DNA from: Eremomyces bilateralis CBS 781.70
Taxonomy: Eukaryota
Assembly (NCBI GenBank): GCA_010015585.1
Contig: ML975153.1
Direction: 5' to 3' (one strand)
Length of the DNA: 48,775 nt
Shown here: one piece after another, positions 14,098 through 26,145 of the stretch
Layout: every line of letters begins with the position of its first letter
Numbering within the stretch: position 1 is the stretch's first letter
Notes under the pieces: model-generated
The model's input: the letters and a program-made list of their open reading frames with translations, nothing else
Told to the model about the DNA's origin: nothing
The model's database searches: none
Program-made: the position numbers and the translations under genes

Positions 14098-17034
14098 CTA
14101 GTATATTTCCTCTTTTGAGCCATGCCCAACATTCAAGGATGGGAAGGCGCGAGCTCCTTGAGGGGCCAGTAGCGCGATACGTCCGCATCGTGCGTCTCCC
14201 CCATTCTCTACATATGCAGAAGGGGCAGCAGATTTGAAGCCAAAATCGAAGTCAGAAAGCCGTGCATTCCCGGTGGATGAGTCGCGACTGGCGAAGACTT
14301 GCTCCGTGATCGGTAGACTTTGTTGATAGATCAATGCCCATGCGGCAGCACTTCGGGGCGACAATACGCGGTCCGGACATCCGTCGACTTGAGAAGGTAG
14401 ATCCAAGACACTCGCTTGACGCAGACTGAGGTTATGTGGGCTCGCCACGTTTGCTTGGGGGGGAGCTGGCAGTGATTGTGCGGGTGACAGATCCAGAGTA
14501 TCTGCGCCAGATTTGCCATCCATTTTCGAATCGACCACGGCCTTTTCAAATCTAATGTCGGGAATCGGGATCGCAGTACCAGGAGAGTGGGCAGTGGATC
14601 GGACTCTATCCACTGCTGATGACGTTGAGTCTGGGAACACAGGTGGAAGCAATTCGAGGTCGGGGTATCGTAGAGCACCACGTGCCGAGACTGAGGAGCG
14701 GTGGCCGTGGCCTTGATGTCGGAATTCGTCGCTCTGGGGGCTGAAAATGCGAGCATACTTTTTAAAAATCGATTTGCTAAAGTCTATGCTCCTGCTCTTG
14801 GGAAGCCCAATGCCTCTCCTCTGGCGACGAAGCCACAATCTAGGCGTTGAGGAAGGCCGAAAAATGGGTCCGCTCTTCCTCGGCGTCGACTGCTCTACAG
14901 CAAAGTCTCGGACAATGACATTGTCGGCAAGGCCAGCGCTCCCAGTACGCTCTTCGCGTGTATGGCTTGGGTACTGCGCCCAAACGCCTAGCGTAGCAGG
15001 GTCAATACCCGAGACTTTGATGACGGGCACGTATCCACAAGATGTACGACTGCGAGAGATGTCGTCGTTGTGTGCTAAACCGCCGAGTTGATAAAGCGGC
15101 TGCAATGAAGGAAACCGCTTCATGGCTTCGTGCTCAGGGGTTTGCTGAAGCGGACTCAGAGAAAGAGATCTCGCAGATGGAGTATCCACGGCATTCTCAG
15201 CAGAGCGAGGGGAGAGGAAGCTATCGATCTTGAAGGACGGAACTCCAGAGACGGAAGGGCTTTCGCGGACACCAAAGGAAGACCGGTTTTCGTGAGTGGG
15301 TAGTGTGGAGGCAGAGCGGGATGGAACACGATTGAGCAAAGACGAACTTCGCTCTCGAGGGGCGTAAGGAGACGTCTTGCCTTGGTTCTGGGGTAGAAAG
15401 AGGGTAGACTTCTCGTTTTCGTTGGCTTGAACCGCTTTCCTCCACATATCGACCGCTTCGCTCCGTTCAAGGACGGATGGCCGTCGTCCAGAGTTAAGGG
15501 TCATTGGGTCGTCGTTGGCTCCGTCATGATAGAGGAACTCTCCGCTTCGAATCTTCTTTTTAGTGACTGTCTGAAGATATCCAACCACAGAGTCTCGTTT
15601 GTTCTTCGGATTCGCTTTGTAACAAATAACATCTGGTGGGTCCCAATCAGGCTGAATAGAATCGATCCCGGAGTCTCTGCGAGCAGTGGAGCTGTCTGCA
15701 CTATTGCAATCCCCCAAACCCATCCAATTGTGCGGCCTCTCCTCGAAAGCCGACTGGTAGATGGTGTTTGGCGACGGGGTTGTCACATCGTGGTTGGGAG
15801 TTTCCAACGCCTTGGCCATGAGGGGAGGAATATCGGGAACCGGAGGGATGTCCTCGTCTTTCATCATCTGGCTAGACCTCTGGAGCGGAGTCGTTGGTCG
15901 TGATGAAGACACCGACAGCAAATCGTCAGGCTTTGGCGAATCGATGCGGATGCCGGACCCCGATCTAGAAAGGCCAGTCTTGAGGTGGCGACTTGTAGAA
16001 GGGCGAGACACGATGCTGAAGCCGGATTTGGTTCGACAAAGTCCGTAAGAGGGACCGACCGCAACTGACGCACTTGACGCTCTAGATGTCGATCGTAAAA
16101 GGTTTGAAATTCGCATATGTTGGAGGAGGTGTGATCTCGCTGGTGATCCGGCTCCCTGTGCGGGAGGAGAGGAATCTTCAACCGTCGAATAAGGATATTC
16201 TGCGGGCTCCACTGTCCTGCTGCCACCCACCTTGCCATCAAGCACTGCAATAGGTTCCTCCAATTCGATACCTTGAAATGAGACCGTTGGCCCATTGCGA
16301 TTTTCGCATAGATGTGCCCCGAACATACTCGTCTGGTCATGACCATTGTCATGGGAAGCGATTTCAGCTGGCGACACAGTTTCTCGAGCAGTTGACGCTT
16401 CCCATTCGCCCTCTAGGGTAATAGGAGCACCACTAGTTCCATGGTCAGTGCTGCACAACTGTGTGATCAGAACTGGAACTACGAACGGAGAGATATCGCC
16501 ACAGTCTCGAACTTCCCCTTGAAAATCTGCTTGCACATGGCGAATGGTGACCGGATTGGAAGGAGTTGACACTCGATTTACAACGTCAGAACTCATGATG
16601 ATCTCCGCATCTGAATCATATCCCCCTTCATCCCTGGACTTGTCCGACAGAAGTTCACATCTGGTAAGTTTTTGCGCTCCCCGAGTGGAATTCTGCGGAG
16701 GTGGAGTGCCCTCGGGTTTGGAAAGAGACCGGTGTCGCAGAATGCTTGAGATGGAAGTATTTAGTCCACGCGAGAGGCGTCTCTGTACTTTCCTGGACCG
16801 ACTAGGCGAGTGGCCATCCTGTTCGCTTGGACTTGACGACCGTGGGGTATGTGGGCCCACCGGAGACTGTCCCAGAGGGTTATCGGGAAGATCCGATAGA
16901 TTGCTGCTAGCGGGAAGTCGCTGCATTGGGCTCTCTTCCGGGAAGCTCCACGAAGTCCGACTTTCAACAGGCCGATAGTTCGGAAGGGGAGAACAGGACC
17001 GGTCTGGAGAGGGGCAGCAGATATCAAGAGACAT
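14098..17034 (-). CDS. Large Ser/Pro/Arg-rich, probably disordered hypothetical protein (about 980 aa)
   Basis: Uninterrupted ORF of more than 3 kb. Likely start is MSLDICCPS at 17034, although the frame is open to 17283. Contains motif-like islands WAQYPSHTREERTGSAG..VRDFA and EFRHQGHGHRSSVS..LRYPDLELLP. Confidence 0.8.
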   Translation of the reverse strand: MSLDICCPSPDRSCSPLPNYRPVESRTSWSFPEESPMQRLPASSNLSDLPDNPLGQSPVGPHTPRSSSPSEQDGHSPSRSRKVQRRLSRGLNTSISSILRHRSLSKPEGTPPPQNSTRGAQKLTRCELLSDKSRDEGGYDSDAEIIMSSDVVNRVSTPSNPVTIRHVQADFQGEVRDCGDISPFVVPVLITQLCSTDHGTSGAPITLEGEWEASTARETVSPAEIASHDNGHDQTSMFGAHLCENRNGPTVSFQGIELEEPIAVLDGKVGGSRTVEPAEYPYSTVEDSSPPAQGAGSPARSHLLQHMRISNLLRSTSRASSASVAVGPSYGLCRTKSGFSIVSRPSTSRHLKTGLSRSGSGIRIDSPKPDDLLSVSSSRPTTPLQRSSQMMKDEDIPPVPDIPPLMAKALETPNHDVTTPSPNTIYQSAFEERPHNWMGLGDCNSADSSTARRDSGIDSIQPDWDPPDVICYKANPKNKRDSVVGYLQTVTKKKIRSGEFLYHDGANDDPMTLNSGRRPSVLERSEAVDMWRKAVQANENEKSTLFLPQNQGKTSPYAPRERSSSLLNRVPSRSASTLPTHENRSSFGVRESPSVSGVPSFKIDSFLSPRSAENAVDTPSARSLSLSPLQQTPEHEAMKRFPSLQPLYQLGGLAHNDDISRSRTSCGYVPVIKVSGIDPATLGVWAQYPSHTREERTGSAGLADNVIVRDFAVEQSTPRKSGPIFRPSSTPRLWLRRQRRGIGLPKSRSIDFSKSIFKKYARIFSPQSDEFRHQGHGHRSSVSARGALRYPDLELLPPVFPDSTSSAVDRVRSTAHSPGTAIPIPDIRFEKAVVDSKMDGKSGADTLDLSPAQSLPAPPQANVASPHNLSLRQASVLDLPSQVDGCPDRVLSPRSAAAWALIYQQSLPITEQVFASRDSSTGNARLSDFDFGFKSAAPSAYVENGGDARCGRIALLAPQGARAFPSLNVGHGSKEEIY

Positions 17035-18259
17035 AGATACAGAACGAGATAGGGACAACGCTGATACGGGACGATATTGGAGTGATGGTGGACTTAAGCA
17101 GATAACAACGACACAAATGTACAAGACACGAAGTGGATTGGTGAAAAAGGAAAATAACATGAAGATGGCGGTGTGAGGCCGGAGATGCGAGAGAGAGAGA
17201 AGCCACGGCCAAGATGCTGAGATCTGTGGTCGTGCCTTCCTCTCTTGCTCAACGTGGACACTTTCGAGTTCAAGAAGACACATCAGTGTAGATGCAGCAG
17301 AGAGGTATAGTATCAGCGTGAGGCATTATACCTCCGCCATCGCCTGCCATCTTGCTGTGACGGCACAGGCATGTTCAGTGCAACTGAGAGGGCTTAACAC
17401 GAGCAGGAAGAGGGTTGCCATTGTGCAGATGATGATAGCGATGGCGATGACGATATTATTGTTGCCATCCCGGGAGAACAGGAACAGATGAATTCTAGCT
17501 GAGGCCATCTCGACTTAGACTCCTCAACGCATCTCCCGGTATGTGCAACACGAGCATGAACTCACGTTGTATTAGCATAACTGAACACAAGAAGAAATCG
17601 TTGTTAGGGACTAGTGGAGACCACAAATAACATGAGTACGAATGAAGCATCATGGTAATTAAGTTTAGAGCAGTTGGCAAAGCCAATGACCTGGTTGGTT
17701 TCAGCTTGACACGGGCCATAATAAGGCGATTTCGGTCCATATGTATCATGAAGAGCTTGAGCATATGACATCTGTGATCTGATAGCTACTCGCTGCCATG
17801 AGCCACCCTGGATCCCAATTCAGGCCCGAATTCATGCCCCCTCGGGCAAGCTTGAAGTCCGGACAGGGGGGAGCTGATATAGCTCATGGATGGCGGTGAT
17901 GAGGGCATGTCAATTCAGGTACCGGTATTCCCCTCTGTTCTGAATACAGTAGAAAGCACCCGTATCGAGTGGTAGAAGGTAGAATGTAGCTGTAATGAAA
18001 ATATCCCGTAAAGCGATGGGATTGCCGTTGAGATCGGTGTCCGCAAATCCACGTGTTGTTGCCAAGACGGAACCCGATGTCGGTACACGAAAGATGATTC
18101 CGTTTTGTGATTGGCTCCATGGGGTCACACCTACCTGCAGCTCCCTGCAACTGCCGACACGCGGAGAGGGACGGACCAGGGTCGCGCCTTCTATAGCGAC
18201 ACCACTGAGCACACACGCAATTCGATTCCACTTCACACAATAGAAAAGCACACCAGATG

Positions 18260-18469
18260 CCCCGCCATTTTTTTCTCACCCTCCTCACCTCACATCATTC
18301 TACCTAGTTTTTCTCTCATCACCTTTCCATTCCCTGATCTCATCTGAGGACTATATCATCTTGCTATTCCTCCCCTTTCATTCAATTCCCTTCTTGTCAA
18401 GTCCTCAAGAACACCTAACCCCTCTTTGCTACACCTCTCCCCATAACTTCCCCGCCTAACCCCGCCAAC
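18260..18469 (+). promoter_or_regulatory. CT-rich core promoter / 5' leader of MET6
   Basis: About 200 nt pyrimidine-rich tract ending in the strong start context GCCAACATGG, typical of highly expressed fungal genes. Confidence 0.5.
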
Positions 18470-20879
18470 ATGGTTCAATCATCAATTCTCGGCTTCCCCC
18501 GTATGGGAGTATTGCGAGACCTCAAGAAGGCCAACGAGGCCTATTGGGCAGGCAAGCTCTCTCGTGACGACCTTTTGGCCGAGGGCAAGAGGCTGCGTTT
18601 GGCCCACTGGCAGATTCAGAAGAATGCTGGTGTCGACATCATCCCCAGCAACGACTTCGCCTTCTACGATCATGTCCTAGACCACATCCAGCTCTTCAAT
18701 GCCATCCCGGAGCGATACTCCAAGCATGGGCTCAACCCGCTTGACGAGCTCTTCGCCATGGGCCGTGGCCACCAAAAGGATGGCATCGATGTTCCATCAC
18801 TGGTGAGGATCTCTGGAGAAACAGTATGCATATATTTTGCTGACATGACGTGATTTAGGAAATGGTCAAATGGTTTGACTCCAACTACCACTATGTGAAG
18901 CCCACCTTCCAAGATGGTCAATCGTTCAAGCTCGGGTCCAACCCAAAGCCCATTGCTGAATTCAACGAGGCCAAGGCGGCTGGCATCGTCACTCGACCAG
19001 TCATTCTTGGTCCCGTTTCCTTCCTCCACCTCGGCAAGGCCGATCGTGACCAGAGTGTGAAGCCCATTGAGCTCCTTGAGAAGCTCCTCCCTGTCTACGA
19101 GGAACTCCTTGCTGGCCTCAAGGCTGCTGGTGCCGAGACTGTTCAGATCGACGAACCTATCCTAGTTTACGACCTTCCCGCTGAGGTAAAGGGTGCGTTC
19201 AAGCCTGCCTACGAGCGCCTCTCCGGTGCCAACCTCCCCAAGCTCGTCTTGGCTACCTACTTCGGTGACATTGTCCACAACATCGAGGTTCTCCCTTCAA
19301 TTCAGAACCTCCATGGCCTCCACATCGACCTTGTCCGCAACCCTGAACAACTCGATACCGTCATCGGTGCCATTGGCTCGAGCCAAATCCTGTCGTGCGG
19401 TGTTGTCGATGGACGTAACATCTGGAAGACGAACTTCAAGCGCGCCATTGAAACCGTCGAAGCTGCCATCCAAAAGCTTGGCAAGGATCGCGTGCTAGTC
19501 GCTACCTCCAGCTCTCTGCTCCACGTCCCCCACACTCTGACCAGCGAGAAGAAGCTCGATTCCGAAGTTCGGGACTGGTTCTCTTTCGCAAGCGAAAAGG
19601 CCGTTGAGGTCACCATCATTGCTAAGGCCGTCACCGATGGCCCTGCCGCTGTCAGGGACGAGCTCGAGGCCAACGCCAAGTCCATGCAATCCCGTGCCTC
19701 CTCCAAGCGCACCAATGACCCCAAAGTCAAGGAGCGACAAGAGAAGGTGACCAAAGAGATGCACGAACGTGCTTCGCAGTTCCCCGAGCGATACGCTCAG
19801 CAGCGCGAGCATCTCAAACTCCCCTTGTTCCCGACCACCACCATTGGATCTTTCCCCCAGACCAAGGAGATTCGTATCCAGCGTAACAAGTTTACCAAGG
19901 GCGAAATCACCCCTGCGGAGTACGAGAAGTTCATCGAGAAGGAGATCGATGACGTCATCAGAATCCAGGATGAACTTGACCTCGATGTCTTCGTCCACGG
20001 AGAGCCAGAGCGCAATGACATGGTTCAATACTTCGGTGAGCGACTCACAGGCTACGTGTTCACCACCCATGCTTGGGTCCAGAGCTATGGCTCTCGCTGC
20101 GTCCGCCCCCCGATCATCGTCGGCGATATCTCCCGCCCAGCCTCCATGACCGTCAAGGAATCCAAGTATGCGGCTCAGAACTCCAAGAAGCCAATGAAAG
20201 GGATGTTGACGGGGCCTATCACGGACCTGCGATGGTCATTCCCGCGTGACGACGTCCACCAGAGTGTGCAGGCTCAACAGCTTGCCTTGGCCCTCCGCGA
20301 TGAAGTCATTGATTTGGAGGCTGCCGGGATCTATGTCATCCAAGTCGATGAACCAGCTCTGCGTGAAGGTCTCCCTCTGCGCGCTGGCCCTGAGCGTGAG
20401 AAGTACCTTTCCTGGGCTGTGGACGCCTTCAAGCTCGCCTGCGCTGGCGTCAAGGATTCCACTCAAATCCACTCTCACTTCTGCTACTCCGAATTCCAGG
20501 ACTTCTTCCACGCCATTGCTGCCCTCGATGCCGACGTCCTGTCCATTGAGAACTCCAAGAGCGATGCCAAACTGCTCAAGGTTTTCGTTGACGAGGCTTA
20601 TCCTCGCCACATCGGCCCTGGTGTCTATGATATCCACTCGCCCCGTATCCCGAGCGAGCAGGAGATCAAGGACCGCATCGAAGAGATGTTGCAGTATGTT
20701 CCACTCCACTAATACACCTGTGATGTTGATGCTTACCAGTCTTTAGGTATCTGCGACCCGAGCAGCTCTGGATCAACCCTGATTGCGGTCTGAAGACTCG
20801 CCAGTGGACGGAGACGAAGGCTGCCTTGGTCAACATGGTCAACGCTGCCAAGTTCTACCGTGCGAAGTACACCAAGTAG
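18470..20879 (+). CDS. MET6: Cobalamin-independent methionine synthase (MetE family), 3 exons
   Basis: [64 protein letters not shown], Zn ligands HFCYSE and [11 protein letters not shown]. Introns at about 18803-18858 and 20694-20745. Confidence 0.98.
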
Positions 20880-21564
20880 AGCAAGTCTATAGTGGGGGAA
20901 CAGGCACCGGATTGCATCCGCTGTCGCCTCAACTCATTTCTTCTTCGCATTCTGTCTTAGCATTGCATGAGCAAGGCCATGGGCCAAAAGTTTAGCATTC
21001 AACATCTTGCTTAACTGAAAAAGTCAACCACATTTTTATACCACAAGAGCGATCTCAACATCGGCGTTGCTCATCAATCAACCGGACAGAACGGTCTGGG
21101 TCGGCGTTTCCATGGCTTTTTCGTCCGAGCAAGTACGCTCGTCATTACCTAGCATAGTCGGCATTCATGCCCTGCAGAACTAATTCAACACTGTGGGGTT
21201 GTATCAACTTGCCTCTGCAGAGTGGATGCGCCTCTGGCTATTCCATAATGAACAAACATTCTGACAAACATTGGAGACATTCTGATGTCCATCTGTCCGT
21301 GTTTGTGTCCGCCATGAGTCTTTTGGTCCCCCAAAAGGGACGATATCAATAGTCGTGACCCATAGCTCCAGAGCTTCAAACCCAGCCGTAGTCGGATTTG
21401 ACTTATCACCTCTAGAGTGACAATAGTGCAATATTGACGATTGCTCTGATTTAGGTCGGCTTGTGAATTCCATGAAAGCTTCAACAGCACGACTCACGCT
21501 CAAAGCGTGGCCTATCAGACATAATTCATAATACACAAAGTAATACAGGTCCTGTCGTTTGCCA

Positions 21565-21630
21565 CAGGGTCTCCAAAACGGGCGGCGGGGGCGCCCAAAA
21601 ATAGGCGGTAGGGGTGTCTAGAATCGGTGG
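21565..21630. repeat. Three imperfect copies of a roughly 22-nt GC-rich unit
   Basis: CAGGGTCTCCAAAACGGGCGGC / GGGGGCGCCCAAAAATAGGCGGT / AGGGGTGTCTAGAATCGGTGG. Confidence 0.5.
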
Positions 21631-21931
21631 AGGTGGATCAACAGTAATTCCTGTTAGAACATGATTTCAAAATAAACCAATCAGAGCGCAGAATATTTAC
21701 GACACGTGGTCGAGGCACGAAAAAAAGGGTATACAGCGTTTCAGGGGATGGGATAGATGTCCCATACATATTAGATCAAATGACTTCTTGCAATGGTATC
21801 TAACTGACGTGGTATATAGAGCTGCGCGACGGGAAATGCTTTGATGAATGAAATAAAGCAATTCGAATTAATTCCACCCCTGGAATATGGGAATACTGGA
21901 AGGAACCCCTGAACCGCTAGGGATGATCTTC

Positions 21932-22509
21932 TCAACTAGAAGGATAGGTCATCGTGTTCTCCTTGTTCGAGTACTGAGAAGCACCCTCCTTCTCGCGCAG
22001 CTCGGTCTCCTTATCCTGCTGGATAATGTCACAGCAGCCGCAGCAGCATGCCGCAGCAATGTCGGTCAAACAGGCGCCCTCTAAGTTGTACTTCTGCCGA
22101 ATACCGGATCGCTGAAGCGCCGCCATCACCCAGTGGAGGGCGACGAAGCTGCTCAGGCAGTAACCGATGCACTAAATCGATCAGTAACAGTTCAAGTGTT
22201 GCAGGTAGAGCGGGATGGGGTTCAACTTACAGAGGTGTTGATGGCTTCATAACCTTGCATACTAGGGTCCTTCCGAACACGATGATGGACCTTCCCGAAG
22301 GTAACGCAAGGGAGACAGCAGGTGATCGCACACGTATCGATAGGATTGAGGCAACCGAAGAACGAGGAGTTCCACGGGCGGGCTCCGGCGGGAGAAGGGG
22401 CCGTGAGCTTGCTGGTATCGGCCAAGGCCGCGTTGAATTGGTTCTTCCAATCTTCGACATCATTCTGGTCGATCGCCGACTTGGCCGGAGCAGGAGCGGG
22501 AGCAGCCAT
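21932..22509 (-). CDS. PLAC8 family Cys-rich protein (DUF614), 2 exons
   Basis: WNSSFFGCLNPIDTCAITCCLPCVTFGK, LQRSGIRQKYNLEGACLTDIAAACCCGCCDIIQQDKE. Intron 22230-22172. Confidence 0.92.
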
Positions 22510-24134
22510 CTTGAAAAGGTAAAACGGGGTGAGGGAGTGGAGTTGGAAGGAAGTATAATAAGATTGAAATCGAAGAAAGCGAAGTGTCAGGAAGAGAACT
22601 CAAGGAGTGTGATGAACGGCAATAATATTAACAGAAGTCATTTGAAGGAGGAAAACGATGGTGATGCCAGGACATTTATGTGGTCAGCCCAACGCTCAAG
22701 AGGTGCACCCCTGGACCACACGAAGAAAGGCATCCCGCATACAAAATTTCACAACGGCTATTATTGTACAGTATTCCATACGGGCGTGTTCTGTATGGCT
22801 CCCTGCAAAAGCGCTCATCATAACTTTAGGGGTCCCACTTTATACCGTAAAAGTCGGGGTTTTCGGGGAGGCGCCAGTTCATCAGCGCACCAAAGCGGCC
22901 AAGTCGAGCCACGAGAAGCGATATATGGACCGTGCCGGCGTGTCCAAATGTCGTCCACCAGACGAAGGCCTATAGCTGTCGCTCGCAGCTCCTTGAGAAT
23001 TTGGATTCTTTATTCAGAAAATCACAGATGCGGCCTGGACAATCGAGACCGCCAATCACCCTAAGGAAGGAAGGGATTGGCTTTGAATGTGTGCCGTGGA
23101 TTATGATAGGTATGTGTTATTCCTAGTTAGCCAGCAAAGAACAAACAACTGACCGGTGGTCTGGATCAGCCCGATCAGGCCAAGCTGCAAATGGCTGAGC
23201 GCTTAAATGCTTGAGCCCATCACCCCTGCCGCAGCTATGGCTTGAGCCCATGAGATGGAATATGCCGAAGAGCAAAATTTCGACTGTTGAGTGTTGACTC
23301 AGTGATTCGCGGTTTCAATGAGGGTATTAGCGTGGTAGGGCCAAACGAAAAATTGAAAATCAGGGAAAGCATGTTGACATTTGGAGCCAAGAACTGGAAG
23401 AACACGAGATGCGAAATGAGGCGCTCGTATTTCCTTACATGCTGAGAGGTTGGAGGTTCATTTAAAGCGGTGGAAATTGCATGAGCCATGGACCGATCCC
23501 GCTTGGAGATAGCGTCGTGTCCCACAGCCCGCAATTCCCGCAACCGACCAGGTATGTATGCGTGCAAACTGCAAAGTAAAAATATCTGCGATCAGCGATG
23601 TTCCAAACAGAGTGATAGACAGTCAGGGGACTTCGGGACTCAGGACTCAGTACTCACTACTCAGGGGATAGGAGTTGACTGACGATCGAGAATTGAGTCA
23701 GCCTCGTGCTTTCAGCTTTGGCTCAATTGCGGTCTGTTCATCGGCTTGTGAAGTTGGGCAGCGCTAGACTACTAGGTATTCACGTGTTAGTTAACGTGTC
23801 TAGAAACTATCGGCGCGTCGCCGACATCCCGAATGAGGGAATGAAACACGAAAGATGAAAAAGGTTGGGGAAAAGGAGTTCGGCACTTTCGCTCGTTCGT
23901 ATCCCGCCATGGAGTTGGGTGGAGAGGAACACCGCCAAGCTGCACCGGGTTTCCGCTCCGTTGATTACATCACAGCGTGCTCGAATTTCAATTTGAACAT
24001 CATCAGTAAATAGACTAGCCTCTTTCGACCTGCGTCTACCCATGATCAGGAGTTAACTGTTGAAATCAAGACCTGTTATGGTAGCCTGAAGAGTAGTCAA
24101 ATGCACGAGCATCGCTAAATAGACATTGACAACA

Positions 24135-25163
24135 ATGACAAACACAGACATGCGTAGCCGTCTCTCCACCACGACCTCCCTCCTTCAGCATCTCGAATCG
24201 ACGCTTCAAACGTTCCTCTCCTCCGGTTCAAGGTTCCGCGTGGTCCGCACCATCTCCCCGTCTGCTGGCGGCAGCGTTCCTCCAACTCGACCGTCTCCTG
24301 CTCTTTCCAGCCTGTACATCCTCGACTCGTCGTTCAATCCCCCAACCCTCGCACACTCCGCGCTCGCCCGCGTAGCGTGGTCGCATGATGCTTCCAGGGC
24401 ACCGGCAACGGCGCCCTCGAGGAGTGGTGTTGACGAAAGTGCATCGGAGCAGCGAAGGCTGGTGTTACTATTCAGCACAGCGAATGCGGACAAGGTGGCA
24501 GACCCCTCAGCATATGTGAATCGGTTGGCGATGGTACATCTCTTTGCATTGGAGCTATCAGATTCTTTAAATAGAAGAGGAAAACAGTCTATAGGACAGG
24601 ATACCATCCCGAGCGGTCTAAAAGCAGAGGATGACGCTGAACCTTCAGCCAACACTCCTCCCGGATCCGGCCCCATCGACATAGACATCGCCCTCACCTC
24701 CACCGCATTCTATTCCGACAAAGCCGCCGCAATCTCTAGTACCAGCACGCCCGTCTACCCTCCCCAAACCCGCCAGATATATCTCCTTGGGTATGACACC
24801 TTCACTCGCTTCCTATCGCCCAAGTACTACTCCTCCCATGAGCCGCCGCTGTCGGCGCTCGACTCGTTCTTTGCGAGTGGGTGCGAGCTATGCGTGATGA
24901 TGCGGCCAGACGGGAGCGAGAGTGCGAGGGAGGAGCAAGCGGGATATCTGGCGAGGTTGAGGGATGGCATGTTGAACGATGTCGGCTTTAGAGCAGAGTG
25001 GTCGGAGAAGATTGAGATGGTGGAGGCAGAGAAAGATGCGGTTGGTGTGAGTTCAACGGTGGTGAGGGAGGCCGTGGCAGACGGAAGACATGACGACCTG
25101 CAAAGATTGTGCTTTCCCAGTGTTGCGAGGTGGATAGAAGAGCATGGATTGTATAAGAGGTGA
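24135..25163 (+). CDS. POF1: Nucleotidyltransferase-fold protein, Pof1-like nicotinamide mononucleotide adenylyltransferase
   Basis: LYILDSSFNPPTLAH, LLFSTANADK, FYSDKA, YLLGYDTFTRFLSPKYY, GVSSTVVR. Intronless. Start at 24135 or 24150. Confidence 0.85.
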   Translation: MTNTDMRSRLSTTTSLLQHLESTLQTFLSSGSRFRVVRTISPSAGGSVPPTRPSPALSSLYILDSSFNPPTLAHSALARVAWSHDASRAPATAPSRSGVDESASEQRRLVLLFSTANADKVADPSAYVNRLAMVHLFALELSDSLNRRGKQSIGQDTIPSGLKAEDDAEPSANTPPGSGPIDIDIALTSTAFYSDKAAAISSTSTPVYPPQTRQIYLLGYDTFTRFLSPKYYSSHEPPLSALDSFFASGCELCVMMRPDGSESAREEQAGYLARLRDGMLNDVGFRAEWSEKIEMVEAEKDAVGVSSTVVREAVADGRHDDLQRLCFPSVARWIEEHGLYKR

Positions 25164-26145
25164 GGATGGAGACTAGCACATCCGGTTTGGACGGAATTTG
25201 ATTATCCGCCAGGGGGAGCCGCCAAGCATGCTACGAGGTGCGGAAAGGGCCGTGAAATCGAAGCAATCTGGATCTGCCGCCGTTGTTAGCTTTTCTTTCT
25301 CAAGGAAGGATTCAAGTAACCTGTGCGCCCCAAGACGTATACGGGGAGGTAGACATGGAATATACGGCGGTTGAGCATGAGCTACAACTTACACTGAATC
25401 AAACCCCGTATGCCAGGCCACCGAAGACCCCTGGCGCCGGAGCCGACCACCCAGGGGGGCGGGACCCCCCGAAGAACCACACCGAACAGCAGGAGCCCGA
25501 GCCCCACGACGGGACTCGCCCAGCTCAGAGGATCATGATGACTACTCTTGGGAAGCGGCTTGGTCTTCGGGAGTACTCCGATGCGAACACCGAGCATACT
25601 TCTGACCCTGACTCTACGTACGAAAACCTAGAAGACGATTCAGGTGATCGCAACCACCAGGATAACTGATAATCGCGAGATAGATAGTTCAACGGCAAGA
25701 TTGACGAGACTAGCGGTTCTACCAAATTCATGAGAGCACAAGATCTGCAGTTCCGTCATTATGGTGCCATGCCACATGCTATATCGGGATGTGTGATTAA
25801 AGGGAAACGAGATCAGTAGAGTTCTGTTCTGGTGGTACTACAGAATATTCTAGTATATGACGGGTAGTTCCTGATCTCCTTGTTTTCTGTGGGCTCCGTC
25901 ATCATCATCACGTATAATTCCTTTATATTGCTTTCATGTTCACTTCAGTTTGCTTTCTTTTACTTTGCTTTATACTTGCTTTATGTTTCTCCTCAATGTT
26001 ACTTCGAACGTAAAACCTTCTTCCTTTTACTTCCTCATCATCTACCCTTACTATACATGTCCTCACCTTATACCACCGTCTTCAACTCCCAAGTCCTAAA
26101 CTCTGAAAGCGCGATTCAGTGCTAACTTATAACTGATTACTATAA

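Noticed and set aside
18482..20746. Many long antisense and alternate-frame ORFs within MET6 (also in GPI13, DUF3405, TAD3 and the methyltransferase)
   Set aside because: Expected shadows of strong GC3 codon bias. The translations are not protein-like.
20877..20900. Stop-codon readthrough to a cryptic PTS1 (checked MET6, the DUF3712-like gene and POF1)
   Set aside because: No TGA-CTA context, and the codons immediately after the stops do not form an SKL-like terminus.
25761..25770. ATGGTGCCAT matching the CYS3/MetR consensus ATGRYRYCAT
   Set aside because: It lies about 7 kb from the MET6 promoter and is not upstream of any sulfur gene. A single hit is expected by chance.
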